From Mobula hypostoma (lineage: Eukaryota), in assembly GCF_963921235.1 (NCBI RefSeq), contig NC_086109.1, forward strand, positions 95,356,001 through 95,420,000: a stretch of 64,000 nt of DNA, written 5' to 3'. The position numbers and the translations under genes were made by a program. Positions 49,605 to 62,074 of this stretch are shown piece by piece. Under the pieces are notes generated by a model. The model had not been told where the DNA came from. It saw only the letters and a program-made list of their open reading frames with translations, and did no database searches. Within the stretch, counting starts at the first letter, position 1. Every line of letters begins with the position of its first letter.

Positions 49605-50220
49605 ATTTTCAAGTTACAAATTTGTATTTTGAATCCAATTATATATTCATTCTCATGTAAACCTATTGTCACTTCATCCTGCCAGTGATGAGGCTCTCTG
49701 TACTCCACAGTCAGGGAACGATAGGTTTGAGTACATCATTACAAATTTACTTTGAACCAACATTCATAAATGTAGCTTCAGTTAAAAATGTGGATTAACG
49801 TGTTTCTCATTATAAGTGTGTGTAAGATCTTACATAAAAGTTAATGACGCAATAAATAATTATACAACAGGAGGAGGCAGTGAACACAATTGGTTGGGAG
49901 GTTCTTGTTGAAACCTTGAAAAGCTATGAACATAATTTTTTTAAATGTTCCAAGATTTGTGAGACTGAATTTCTAGAATTGAATAGTATGCATTCAACAG
50001 AGCCCACTAACGTGGCCAGTGAAGCCTTTTGCATTCAGTCCATCTGTAGTGTGTTATACTTTCTATCTGAGTTTGATTTAAAACTCGCCCATCAGCCTGC
50101 TGTTAGCACTGACATACTCTAAGTCCTGATGAAATTGGTTGATTTTTGGCAGCAGTACAGTACAATACATAAAAAAAATTAGAAGAAGCCATATATACAC
50201 ACACTCTCAGTGGCCACTTT

Positions 50221-50298
50221 AGTGCCTGTGTATGTGCGGTGCTACTAGAGTGCCTGTGTATGTGCGGTGCTACTAGAGTGCCTGTGTATGTGCGGTGC
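50221..50298. repeat. 28-bp tandem repeat, 2.8 copies
   Basis: Unit AGTGCCTGTGTATGTGCGGTGCTACTAG. Confidence 0.95.
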
Positions 50299-53259
50299 AA
50301 AAAAAGAGCGAAAGTAGTGAGGTAGTGTTCATGGGTTCATGGACCGTTTAAAAATCTGGTGGCAGAGGGGAAGAAGCTGTTCCTAACATGTTGACTGTGT
50401 GTCTTCAGGTTCCTGAATCTCCTCCCTGATGGTAGCAATGAGGAAAGGACATGTTCTGGATGGTGAGGGGCCTTAATGATGGATGTTGCCTTTTTGAGGC
50501 ATTGCCTTTTGAAGATGTCATTGATCTGTAAGATGCTCAGAAAGAGAGGGGAGTGGAGAAAAGGAGAGAGGTGCTGTGTGTTCAGGTGGACAGCAGAGCA
50601 GGAATAAGATGATCACAGTCTCCGTTCTGTATCCTGTTCTAATAAAGAACTGAAAGGTTAACTTATTAACGCATGCAGTCTGACCTGAGAATTTTTGGTA
50701 TTTTCATTAATTACAGTCATGTAACCAGCGTGGTTCAGACTGTACTTGGGGTTTGTTCACATTGTCAGAGTGTGTCTGAGCCCATTTCATTTGGACTTGC
50801 AGATCCAGGTAGAGCTAAAGTAACTCGGACTATAATGTGAAATGGGATCAGAATCAACTGTTCCACCTCCTGGAGAAGTTTATTCAAGATTCAGTATTGT
50901 TCAATGTCATTCCCAGTGCACGAGTGTAAAGGAGAACAAAATTATTGTTACTCTGTATCCAGTGCAGCACAAAAAATAAAATACAATAGAAAACAATAAA
51001 TATAAATACATAAGATAGTTTATCTATATTGATTGTATGTCCATAAAGTGATACTAGGCACAGGAGTGTCAGTATACACGGTAACTGATGGGAAATGATA
51101 AAGAGGTGGTATTTGGGGGTGTGGAAGGATGGGTTAGTGGGCGGAGGTGTTGATCAGTCTTACTGCTTGGGGAAAGTAACTATTTTTGAGTCTGGTGGTC
51201 ATGTTGTGGATGCTACATAGCCTCCTCCCTGATGGGAGTGGGACAAACATTAATTTTAAAGGAAGAATATCTGTATTTAGATTCAAGGCAGGAAATGACA
51301 CTGATTTTTGTTGTATGTTAGTGATTGAAGATTTTTCTTAGCAATCTAATGTTTCAGAAATATAAACCTTTATAGAACAATTTTTTTTATCGCTGTTCAA
51401 CTTGATTTTTGAATTTACAAGTACAGCCTTTAAACTAATGATTGACAGGTAAGCCATCATTACACTCAAACAGTTTTATTTCAGCCTCTTTGCATTGCAT
51501 CCCAGAGGAGATGCAGGACCAAGCAGTTAGTCTCTCAAGCTATCTTCAAATCTCTGTGAATGCCAACATTGTCGCCATCCCTTAAGAAAGCAGATGCTTG
51601 AATGTGGAAATGTTCAGGGCATTGCTGGGCTTCATACAGTAGGAAAAATCCTTGCAGTTTGTTATCCCTGCCTGCAGATGCTTACTAATTTATTTACAGC
51701 ATGGAACAGGCTCTTCGGACTGCACTGCCCAGCAACCTACTGATTTAACCCATGCCTAATCACAGGATAATCCAATTAACCTACTAGTCAGTATGTCTTT
51801 GTGAGAGGCAACCCACGTGCACACGGGAAAGAATGTACAACCTTATTTATAGAGGATGCCAGAATTGATCTCTGAATTCCCGCTGCCCTGAGCTGTAATA
51901 GCATCGCACTAAGTGCTACGTTACCATAGCACCCCATTATTCTGCTGGATTCTGTGCAGCTCTGGGTGATTAGCTTAGCATTAGCATTTATTTACTTACC
52001 ACATAGAAAACCTACAGCACAATACAGGCCCTTTGGCCCACAATGCTGTGCAGAACATGTACTTACTTTAGAAATTATCTAGGGTTATCCATAGCCCTCT
52101 GTTTTTCTAAGCTCCATATACCTGTCCAGGAGGCTCTTAAAAGACGTTATCGTATCCACCTCCACAGTTGCTGGCAGCGTCAAAATATACAGTGAGATAT
52201 ATCATTTGCATTAGCAACTAATACAGTCTAAAGATGTGTTGGGGGCAGCCTGTAAGTATCGCTATGTTTCCAGCATTAACGTGTGCCCATCCATACCTTA
52301 CCCTAACTGCTTTGGAATGCAGGAGGAAACTGGAGCACCTGGTCTTGGGGAGAAGGTACAAACTCCTTACAGATATTTGTACTTGCTCCCCAGGCAGATG
52401 CTATGAACTCTGGTAGAATATTTCAACAACTGTCACTCAAATCTATTGAAAAGTTAAAGCTCAGCAGAAGATACAGGTGATCACAACAATTCGTCCTGTA
52501 GTTAGAAAACTTACGTTACATATTAATTTTATTTGTCACATGTACATACAGTGAAACGCATTGCTTTGCAGCAACAGCCAACACAATCCGAGGATGTGCT
52601 GGGGGTAGCCCACAAGTGTCATCATGCTTGTGGTGTCAACTAAAATGTAGTAACCCCACAGGAACTTTGTAATGAGGAGTTTGGGTTTGCTGAAAAAAAA
52701 GTCTTTCTGTGTCATGTGCAGGAATTCTCAGAGGAGTGAACTAAACTCATGATGAAGTATTCACACCACTGAAGGATCTAAAGCCCCAGGGGAAGAGAGA
52801 GGTTAAACTTGTGTTTTCATTAGTTGCCACTGGGTAGCAGGTCCCAACCAGTGACCACACTGTAGGCCCTTGTATGAAAGCAGGTATTTGCTTGCATTCA
52901 GAACTATTCCTATGAAAACCACCCCACCCAGGGCTCATCGTCACACTCTGAAGTAATGTCATCAAAAATTAACACAAAAGTTGTGTACAAAGAGATTTGC
53001 CAAGTTCAGCTAATTTTTCTAACGCATCAATGAGTTTAAAAGGACCTTCTCCCTCTGTTTGGAACCAATGAATAGTTTGCTAGATTGTTCTCTGCGTTTG
53101 TACATTATTTTTGGACTGTGTAGGGCTGCAGGATGGGCTTATTCAGTGAGTGTTTGGTATTGGTGGCATCTCTCCATCCTGATAAATGAAGAAAGCTTAG
53201 CAGGTAAGGTGATAATTTGTGTCATCTCAGTCTTTTATTAATCTCATTTGCCAAACTTA

Positions 53260-53595
53260 AAGATTAGCTTAAAAGTCGCACGTACCTCGAAAAATATGTA
53301 CAGTGATGGAAATGTACAGTGAAATGCATCATTTTGCATCAACAGTCAGAGGATGTGCTGAGGGGGCAGCCTGCAAGCGTCACCGTGTTTCCAGCGCCAA
53401 CATAGCGTGCCCACAGCACACAAACTATAACCACATGTCTCTGGAATGTGGGAGGAAACTGGAGCACCCGGAGGAAACCTGTGTGGTCACAGGGAGAACG
53501 CACAAGTTCCTTACAGACAGCGGTGGGAATTGAACCCCAATCAGTAATCACTGGCATTGTAAAGCATCGAACTAACGGCTATGTAACCGTGCTGA
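53260..53595 (-). mobile_element. V-SINE (related fragments at ~51690-51935, ~52185-52375 and ~63725-63975)
   Basis: GGAATGTGGGAGGAAACTGGAGCACCCGGAGGAAACC and GGAATTGAACCC. Confidence 0.8.
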
Positions 53596-54701
53596 ACAGA
53601 TGTGTATATAACACACAGGATTGTTTTTTCCTACTTGATCGACACAGTTACTTAAATCAGTAAGTAAACACATCATCTGTTCAGCCAGGTGAAGGGATGA
53701 TGTAACCAGGTAAACAATGGAAATGTATAGACTTGCTTTTATGACTGCTTAACGGTTCAAGAGGGTTTTTTTTTGGTGAATTTCAACATTATAATAATTT
53801 GCCATTTAATTTTCATAACTTGTACTGCACTAAAAATGATTGTGAAGTTTGTGTTTTGAAAGGAAGATTAGTGAAGTCCTACTTAGGCCACAATATAAGT
53901 CACTGATGTTGGCCTGAAGGTGTATGCGTTCACCACCAGTACCCTGGAGGACTCTGCACAACCCTAAAAGATGATTCTGTACTGGCGGTTTTATTTTCTG
54001 AATAGAGTATCCAGTCTGAGGGTAAATTCAGTAAACAATATTTCAATTATTTAGGTGTGGTGGTTATTAACATAACAGAAGACAACAGATGCAGTAGGAC
54101 ACATCTGTGATACTTGTGCACACACTAAAAGCTGTGCTGCTTTATAACTAACAATTACACAAGAGATTCTGCAGATGATGGCAATTTTGAGCAACATGCA
54201 CAAAATGATGGAGGAACTCAACAAGTCAGGCGACATCTGATGTTGGCTCGAAACATTGACTGTTTTTTTCCCTCCGTAGATGCTACCTGACCTGCAGAGT
54301 TCCATCAGCTGATAGTCAACACAGTTTTATTTTAAAAGGGAAACAGCTCACAGCCTCGCCTTACCCCAATTCATCCCAGCAACCCCCCTGTGTTTCTTCC
54401 TGTGGGAATAATCTCCAAATTCATCCTTTAGAAGTGAGTTCCTTTCTTCTGAACTCCATGCTGGATTCATTACTGACAGTGATCTCCCTTCACAGGGGGA
54501 ACACCTTTATCTACTAAAGTCTGAAAGACCCGTCAGGTCACCCCCTTGGTTCTCATCTTACAAAGACTTCTTGCCTGTTTGGTGTGTTTCTCTGTAACAT
54601 TCTTGTGTGTGACTGTCCTGAGCTGTGTGTGCGGGCAGGCTGCAGAAAGGAGCTGTGACTGGGTAGAAGAGTGACGCTGCTGGACCAAGACGGGCTGAGG
54701 G

Positions 54702-54813
54702 ATGAAGCAGACTGTAGTTCTGCACAGCATTCTACTGCCTCTGTGCTTGACCCTGAACTTCGACTGGACAAGAGATCACCGTGGATCCTTCTATTATGGG
54801 ACCTTCCCTGCTG
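54702..54813 (+). CDS. LCTL: Lactase-like protein (Klotho-gamma, GH1 family), exon 1 with signal peptide
   Basis: MKQTVVLHSILLPLCLTLNFDWTRDHRGSFYYGTFPA-G, with donor GTGAGG at 54814 (phase 1). Confidence 0.9.
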
Positions 54814-54989
54814 GTGAGGACACTCAAAGTATCTGAGCAGAACTAGAGACCATTGCAATGTATTATTTTGCCTGTTCATAGCTTTTAAGTTTTGTAAGAT
54901 GCTGTGTGATGGAAGTGTGAGTTTTATGTTCAAAATAATTCTGCCTTTCCAGCCCTGCTCATTGACCCAACACTTTGATGCCTATTAGA

Positions 54990-56300
54990 ATAGTGGAAAT
55001 AAAGGAGGCCTTTTCGGATTGGCTGACGGTAACAATTAGTGTTCCACAGCGGTCTGTGTTGGGACTGCTTCATTTCAAGTTATATGTCGATGAGTTGGAT
55101 GTCAAAATTGATGGCTTTGTGGCCAAGTTTGCAGACGATATGAAGGTGGGTGGAGGGGCAGGTAGTGCTGAGGAAGCAGGGAGTCTGCAGAGGGACTTGG
55201 ACAGATTGGGGGAATGGGCAAAGAAGTGACAGATGGAATACATTTGCGGGGAGTGTATGGTCATGCACTTTGGTAGAAAGAATAAAGGCGTGGACTATTT
55301 TCTAAATGGAGAGAAAATTCAGAAATCAGAGGGTCAAAAGGACTTGGGAGCCCTCCTGCAGGATTCCATGAAGGTTAACTTGCAAGTTGAGTTGGTGAAA
55401 GGAAGGCAAATGCAATTTTAGCATTCTTTTTGAGAGCAAGGATATGATGCTGAGGGTTTATAAGGCATTGGTCAGAGTTCACTTAGTCATAGTCATAGTC
55501 ATAGTCATACTTCATTGATCCCGGGGGAAACTGGTTTTCGTTACAGTTGCACCATAAATAATAAATAGTAATAGAACCATAAATAGTTAAATAGTAATAT
55601 GTAAATTATGCTAGTAAATTAAGAAATAAGTCCAGGACCAGCCTATTGGCTCAGGGTGTCTGACCCTCCAAGTTAGGAGTTGTAAAGTTTGATGGCCACA
55701 GGCAGGAATGACTTCCTATGACGCTCTGTGCTGCATCTCAGTGGAATGAGTCTCTGGCTGAATGTACTCCTGTGCCCACCCAGTACACTTGGAGTATTGT
55801 GGGCAGTTTTGGGCCCCTTATCCAAGAAAAGATGTGCTGGCATTTGAGAGGGTCCAGAGGAGGTTAACAAAAATTATTCCAGGAATGAAAGAGTTAACAT
55901 ATGAGGAGCGTTTGATGGCTCTGGGCCTGTACTCTGGAGTTTAGAAGATTGAGGAAGAATCACATTGAAACCTATTGAATATTGAAAGGCCTAGACAGAG
56001 GGTACAGGGAGAAGATGTTTCCTGTAGTGGGGGAGTCTGGGATCTGAGAGAATGCAAGGACAACCCTTTAGAACAGAGATGAGGAAGGGTTTCTTTAGCC
56101 AGTGGGGAGTGAATCTGTGGAATTTATTGCCATGGATGGCTATGGAGACCAAGTCACTGGGTATATTTAAAACGGAGATTGATAGCTTCTTGATTACTAT
56201 GGGCATCAAAGGTTGCAGGGAGAAGGTAGGAGAATGGGGCTGAGAGGGATAATAAATCAGCCATGATGGAATTCTGCTTCCTACGTCGTATGGGCTTATG
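54990..56300 (+). mobile_element. CR1 LINE RT/3' end with a nested Rex/Babar 3' end (-, 55485-55787)
   Basis: VPQRSVLG, AKFADD and HLEYCGQFW. The nested copy has the (ATGACT)4 tail and a CACTT duplication. Confidence 0.85.
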
Positions 56301-58696
56301 GTGAACCAAGGATCATAATAGCGGCACCTGTCAGATCTGGAGTTTTCTCATTACACTAGATTGAGAGAAATCTTAGTAGTTTTTCATATCTTCAGAGCAA
56401 GCTGAAACCTTTGATAGTTTCTGTGCATCTAAGAGCTTCAGAATTTTTAGCAGTTTAGAGCAGACCAATGTATGATACCAGAAGCTGGATTTTGTGCATC
56501 ATATTGAGTATTAAGTGTGAAGGATATTGTCCCCCACATACCATGGGTATTTTTATCTTCAAAGTTTACTAATTGGGACAAATATTCAAAAAGCTGATTT
56601 GATAAATATTTAGTCATCTAACAAGTGGGGCACTGGAATTGTTACAGCAGCAAGAGTTGGGATCAGCCTTGCCCATCGTTCACCATCCCCATGGTTAAAG
56701 GACACAATGACAACAGATGCTGACTAATGGCGCTGACCTATTAATGAGTCCAGACAAGAGGTGAATAGAGCCCCAGAGGTAACCTGCTCTCACAACTGAA
56801 AGGAGTTGGTCATGGGGTGTCTGCACTCTTCCATTAGATCAATCAACTTTATGCCAACTTTCTTGCCTTTGTTTGTCACAACCACAAAATTAAACAAACT
56901 TCAGCCTCAAATACTCAAATGACAGAGCAGCCACTGTCTGCTAATGTAGAGGATTTCAAACAGGCCACTTCTCAGCTCTGTCCCAAATTGATGACCTCAC
57001 AGCTTGAACCCCAATTCCTAATTCCGGATTCGGGAGAAGTGGCTTCAGTATCCATCCATCCATGTCCTCCCAAAATCTTTTATGGACTCCTTGTTCTTCT
57101 GTACAGTGGGTTTAGGCCCATAAAATATAGCCCTTTGCAAATGGGTCCAATCTCACCTGCTCCTCCCACACACATTACATCCTCACAGATCACTCAGACT
57201 GAATCCCAAATGTTATTTCCAATAAGAACTATATCCAATTTGTTTCTGAATATGGACTCCTTCCACTTGCCATGCTGTTTGTGGGAGCTACATTGGTATC
57301 AGGTTAAGGAATGTCTTGGTATTAAACTTCCCATCCTTGTTTTCCAGTTCCTCTGGAGATTTTGTTCTCACTCACTCTAAACGGCATTCCCTTGTAACCT
57401 CCTCTGGTCCCATCTCTGTCTCACCTACCCCCTCCCACCCCCACTGCTTTGTGGTCTTCCAGATGTTACTCACTCCTCATTGTAGTCAGTTACTTGCTCC
57501 TCCTCCAAACCCAACTCAATAACTGATTCTGTCATCAGTCTCTGTGCCTCCTGCAAGGCATTTGGATGTCTTACATTGCCCAAGGCCGAATATAAAACAA
57601 GTGAAAAGTCCCATACATCTGTAGTTCCCATAGCAACAACATTTTGTTTGTTTCTAATCACTGATTAGACCAACCACGCTCAGTTTCACACAATTAAATT
57701 CTAAAATTACTTGAGTCATGTTTGGAGCTGAAACTTACGCATTGCAATTTTTCAACATTCTCTGCTCATGCCTCCAGTGACCAGAGTTCAGTCCTTGCCC
57801 TGCCTCTAGTTTCCAAAAGGGATTCTGCATATGCTTAAAATCCAGAGTAACACACACAAAATGCTAGAGGAACTCGACGCCTTGATTTTGAGAAAAGATG
57901 GGTTCATTTGCTCGTTATTATCATTTGAGCTAATTGATAGATTTTTTCCACGATCTAATTGTAAATTTTTTAGTATATTTTCTTTTCTTGCTGGCGGTTT
58001 GATGTTTACTTTTAGAAGCTTTTTGTATGACGCATGGCTCCAGGGTTGTACACCTAATGAGTTCTTTTTTTTTCACTTTTTCTGCTTAGTAGATTTTTTT
58101 TGTTATCACAAAAATTTTTTTCAATCTTTAAGATAATGTCTTTTTTGAGACATTGTAAGTGTTGTTACTTCAATGTACTCATGTTATTTCTTTTGTATAA
58201 TATAACAATAAAAAGATTTGAAAAGAAAAGGAATAAACTATGAAGAGTCTTGGCCTGAAATATCGAATGTTCATTCCTCTCCATGGCTGCTGCCTGACCT
58301 GCTAAGCTCTTCCAGCATTTTGTCTGTGTTACTCCAGTATCCACATTCTCCCTGTGATCATACATTTACCTCCAGCTGTTCTGGTTTTCTTACACACCTC
58401 AAAGACTTGTGGATTGATGGATCAACTGGTCTGGATAAATTGTCCCTAATGTGGGTGGCGGGCAGGAGAATTAGACTGGAGCTGACGGCATGAATGGGAA
58501 AGAATGAAATTATGGGGAAATGGGATAGCATTAACAGCTGGTGTAAATTCAATGGGCTGAATGGCAGTGATGTTGTAAGGAAATATGAAATTTTAGATAC
58601 CTTATTTTCAAGCAATTTGTCGTTGTCCCAAATAACAGTCAGTGCACTAATAAACTGTTGTGGAAAAACGGAATTTAAGTAGCGTGTCTGTTCCAG

Positions 58697-58857
58697 GTTT
58701 CTCCTGGGGTGTGGGCAGTTCTGCCTACCAGACGGAGGGAGCGTGGGATCAAGATGGGAAAGGAATGAGTATCTGGGATGTATTCACCCACAAGAAAGGA
58801 AAAATATTCCTGAATGAAACAGGGGATTCATCATGTGAAAGCTATTATAAATTCAAG
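58697..58857 (+). CDS. LCTL: LCTL exon 2
   Basis: TTCCAG|[54 protein letters not shown]|GTAAGG, the GH1 N-terminal signature. Confidence 0.95.
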
Positions 58858-59138
58858 GTAAGGACACGTAATAAAAGTTTGTATTATCAAGAGGTAAAGA
58901 TAAAGATTGGCTTTATTTGTCACATGTACAGCAAGTAGTGAAATGTTTCAAATATGAATTCCACTCAGTAAGAGCTCACACAGAGATCTGCCCCTACCCT
59001 ACCCTTGCTGCGCGTAAAGCTGCGGGCTTCTGCTGGAGAATTAGATCAAAATAAATTAGTCTGAAGCTAATTGCGAATTTCTTAGTATTTTTACACTTAT
59101 TTGTTTGAAGTTAGGAGATGATGGTGCACTTTTACGTG

Positions 59139-59704
59139 CACTCAATGCTCACTTTATTAGCGACCTCTCATGTTTAATAAAGTGGCCACTGAGTGTATGT
59201 TCGTGGTCTTCTGCTGCTGTAGCCCATCCACTTCAAGATTCAATGTGCTGTGCATTCAGAGATGCTCCTCTGCACATCATGGTTGTAACACGTGGTTACT
59301 TGAGTTACCATCACCTTCCTGTCAGTTTGAACTTCTCTAGTCATTCTCATCTGACTGAACTCTCTCATTAACAAGGTATTTTCGCCCACAGAACTGCCAC
59401 TCACGAGACTTTTTTTTTGTTTTTTGCACCATTCTCCATAAACACTAGAGACTGTTGTGCGTTAAAATCCCAGGAGATCAGCAGTTTCTGGGATATTCAA
59501 ACCACCCCATCTGGCACCAACAATCATTCCACAGTCAAAGTCACTTTGATCATATTTCTTCCCCATTCTGATGTTTGGTCTGAACAACAACTGAACCTCT
59601 TGACCATGTCTGCATGCTCTTATGTATTGAGTTGCTGCCACGTGATCGGTTGATTAGATATTTCCATAGTCAAGCGGTATACCTAAGAAAATGTCCATTG
59701 AGTG
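59139..59704. mobile_element. Non-autonomous Tc1/mariner-type element
   Basis: CACTCA.TG..CACTTTATTAG at 59139. Its reverse complement, followed by TA, occurs at 59174-59197 and 59682-59706. Confidence 0.7.
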
Positions 59705-59714
59705 TATCTGTACT

Positions 59715-61230
59715 AGATGGAATATAGTGTAGGGAAATGCATGGTCATGCACTTTGGTAGAAGGAATAAAGACATAGACTATTTTCTAAATGGGGAGAAA
59801 ATTAAAAAAATCAGAGGTACAAGGGGACTTGGCAGGATTCCCTAAAGATTAACTTGCAAGTTGAGTCTGTGGTAAGAAAGGCAAATGCAATGTTTGCATT
59901 CATTTCATGAGGACTAGAATATAAAAGCAAGGATGTATTGCTAAGGTTTTATAAGGCATTGGTCAGACCACACTTGGAGTATTGTTGGTGGTTTTGGACC
60001 GCTTATCTAAGAAAATGTGTGCTGCCATTGCAGAGGGTCCAGAGAAGGTTCACAAGAATGATTCCAGGAATGAAAAGTCAGGAGCATTTGATGGCTCTGG
60101 GCCTTTACTTGCTGCAGTTTAGAAGAATGAGCAGGGATCTCATTGAAACCTGTGAAATATAGAAAGGCCTAGATAGAGTGGATGTGGCGAGTATAGTGGG
60201 GGAGTCTAGGGCCAAAGGGCACAGGTTCAAAGATTCAAAAAACTTTATTGTCATTCTAACCATATATCAGCTCTGCGGGGCAGAATGAGACAGCGTTTCT
60301 CAGGGGCAGTGCAATTCATAACATCACAAATGCAACACTAAATAATAAACATAACAATAAATAGTAAAACACAACAGCCACATGTCAGTTAAAATCAGTT
60401 ATAAGTGTCCAGTGCAAGTTAAAAGTGTCCAAAGCAGAGTCAGGTAGAGCAGCTATTTAGCAGTCTGACTGCCTGTGGGAGGAAGCTGTTTAGTAGCCTT
60501 GTGGTTTTAGTTTTGATGCTCCTGTAACGTTTGCCTGATGGCAGAAGAACAAAACAGTTCATGGAGAGGGTGTGAAGGGTCTTTAATGATGTACCGTGTC
60601 TTCTGGAGGCATCGACTCCAAAAGAGGTCTTGGACAGAAGGTAGGGAGACCCCAATAACCCTCTCTGCTCCCCTAACCACCCTCTGCAAGGCCTTTTTGT
60701 CAACAACACTGCAGCTGGGGTACCAGGTTGTGATGCAAAAGGTCAGCACACTCTCAACCACACCTCTGTAGAATGTAGTTAAGATGTTAGTGGGGAGTGA
60801 TGCTTGTTTAAGCTTCCTCAGAAAGTGCAATCTCTGCTGGGCCTGTTTCACAATCCCAGTGGTGTTCCTGGACCAGGTGAGATTGTCTGAGATCTGCACC
60901 CCAAGGAACTTGATGTTTTCCACTCAGAATGTGGAAACACTGTACAGCCTCAGAATGGAAGGGACTTCCACTGAGAACAGAAATGAGGAGGAATTTCTTT
61001 AGCCAGAAGATGGTGAATCTGTGGAAATCATTGCCACAGATGGCTGTGGAGACTAAGTCATTGGGTATATTCAAAGCAGAAGTCAGTAGGTTCTTGATTA
61101 GTCAGGACATCAGCGTTATGGGGACGAGACAGGAGAATGGGGTTGAGTGGGAAAATAAATCAGCTTTGATGGAGTGGCTGAGCAGATTCAATGGGCCAAA
61201 TAGCCAAACTCTTGATTCCTATGTCTTATA
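59715..61230 (+). mobile_element. CR1 LINE 3' part with a nested Rex/Babar-like LINE (-, ~60226-60925)
   Basis: LVRPHLEYC..RVQRRFTRMIPG. The nested copy has ENIKFLGVQISDNLTW..QRLHFLRKLK..NSFLPQAVRLLN. Confidence 0.85.
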
Positions 61231-61489
61231 ACTTAGAGGTTACATGGATTATTTTTCAGGAAAAATTTAGCACAGAGGGGTTAAAAGATAGAAAGTGTAT
61301 TGTGTCTTTGCTGTGGTTTGTAGAGAATATAAATAAAATGCTGAGTAATCAGACTGTTAGTCATTTTGCATTCCACATTCTACTCGTGTAATAAATCATT
61401 CCCATCGTTTCATTGTCCAACTGCTGTTAAGACAACACTGCCACTTTCCACTGCATTATAGTAATACTTGTTAAAATGACATATGACAA

Positions 61490-61620
61490 TGAGTCCTGAT
61501 GAAGGGCCTTAGCCCAAAACATCAACTGATTATTCACTTCCATAGATGCTGCCTGACCTGCTGAGTTCCTCCAGTATTTTGTGTGTTGCTCTAGATTTCC
61601 AGCATCTGCAGAATATCTTG
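61490..61620 (+). mobile_element. Penelope terminal-repeat fragment with a mutated hammerhead in LCTL intron 2
   Basis: AGTCCTGATGAAGGGCCTTAGCCCAAAACATCAACT (GAAA box mutated to AAAA). Confidence 0.75.
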
Positions 61621-61986
61621 TATGACTGAGATGTGTCATTGGCATCAAATCAACTCACAACTCAACTCAAGCTATTTTGCAGGCAATGGAATGTTTCAGG
61701 TTCAATGTGGCGAAATACTATTGCAAGACAGGGTGGGCCTGATTGGATCAGCCACTGTCAATCAAACTTAGTGACTCCATTACTGAGACGAAATTCGACT
61801 GCAAAATCCATCCAACTATCCTCTAACCCTATGCTTTTCTGGGTGAAAATACCTTGCACAGATTAACATGTTATAGTTCTTTCACTTGGTCTGTTTGTTT
61901 TTCTTTTAAGTAATTAGTTTCTAAATGCATCAATACCGACACTTCTCATACATGCAAAGCCTGGTTAACATTTAGTTTTATTGCAG

Positions 61987-62074
61987 GAGGACATTGCCTT
62001 ACTGAAGGAGTTGAAGGTCAATCATTATCGCTTTTCCATCTCTTGGCCTCGAATCATACCTACAGGGATAAAAG
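61987..62074 (+). CDS. LCTL: LCTL exon 3
   Basis: TTGCAG|EDIALLKELKVNHYRFSISWPRIIPTGIK-(A)|GTAATG; 88 nt. Confidence 0.95.

Noticed and set aside
50221-50298. 28-bp direct repeats (and the 27-bp repeats at 30322-30387) as a CRISPR-like array
   Set aside because: The units are head-to-tail with no spacers, there are no cas genes, and the DNA is vertebrate. These are ordinary minisatellites.
48348-54701. RPL4-hosted snoRNAs, or RPL4/ZWILCH exons, expected from human synteny
   Set aside because: No matching exons or convincing C/D-box structures were recognised.
56919-57380. 153-aa intronic ORF in LCTL intron 1
   Set aside because: No recognisable motif or splice context; probably chance or decayed repeat sequence.
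58238-61530. Selection against self-cleaving hammerheads in LCTL introns
   Set aside because: The intronic sense copies are mutated, but so are nearly all intergenic copies. CpG decay explains both, and the sample is too small.
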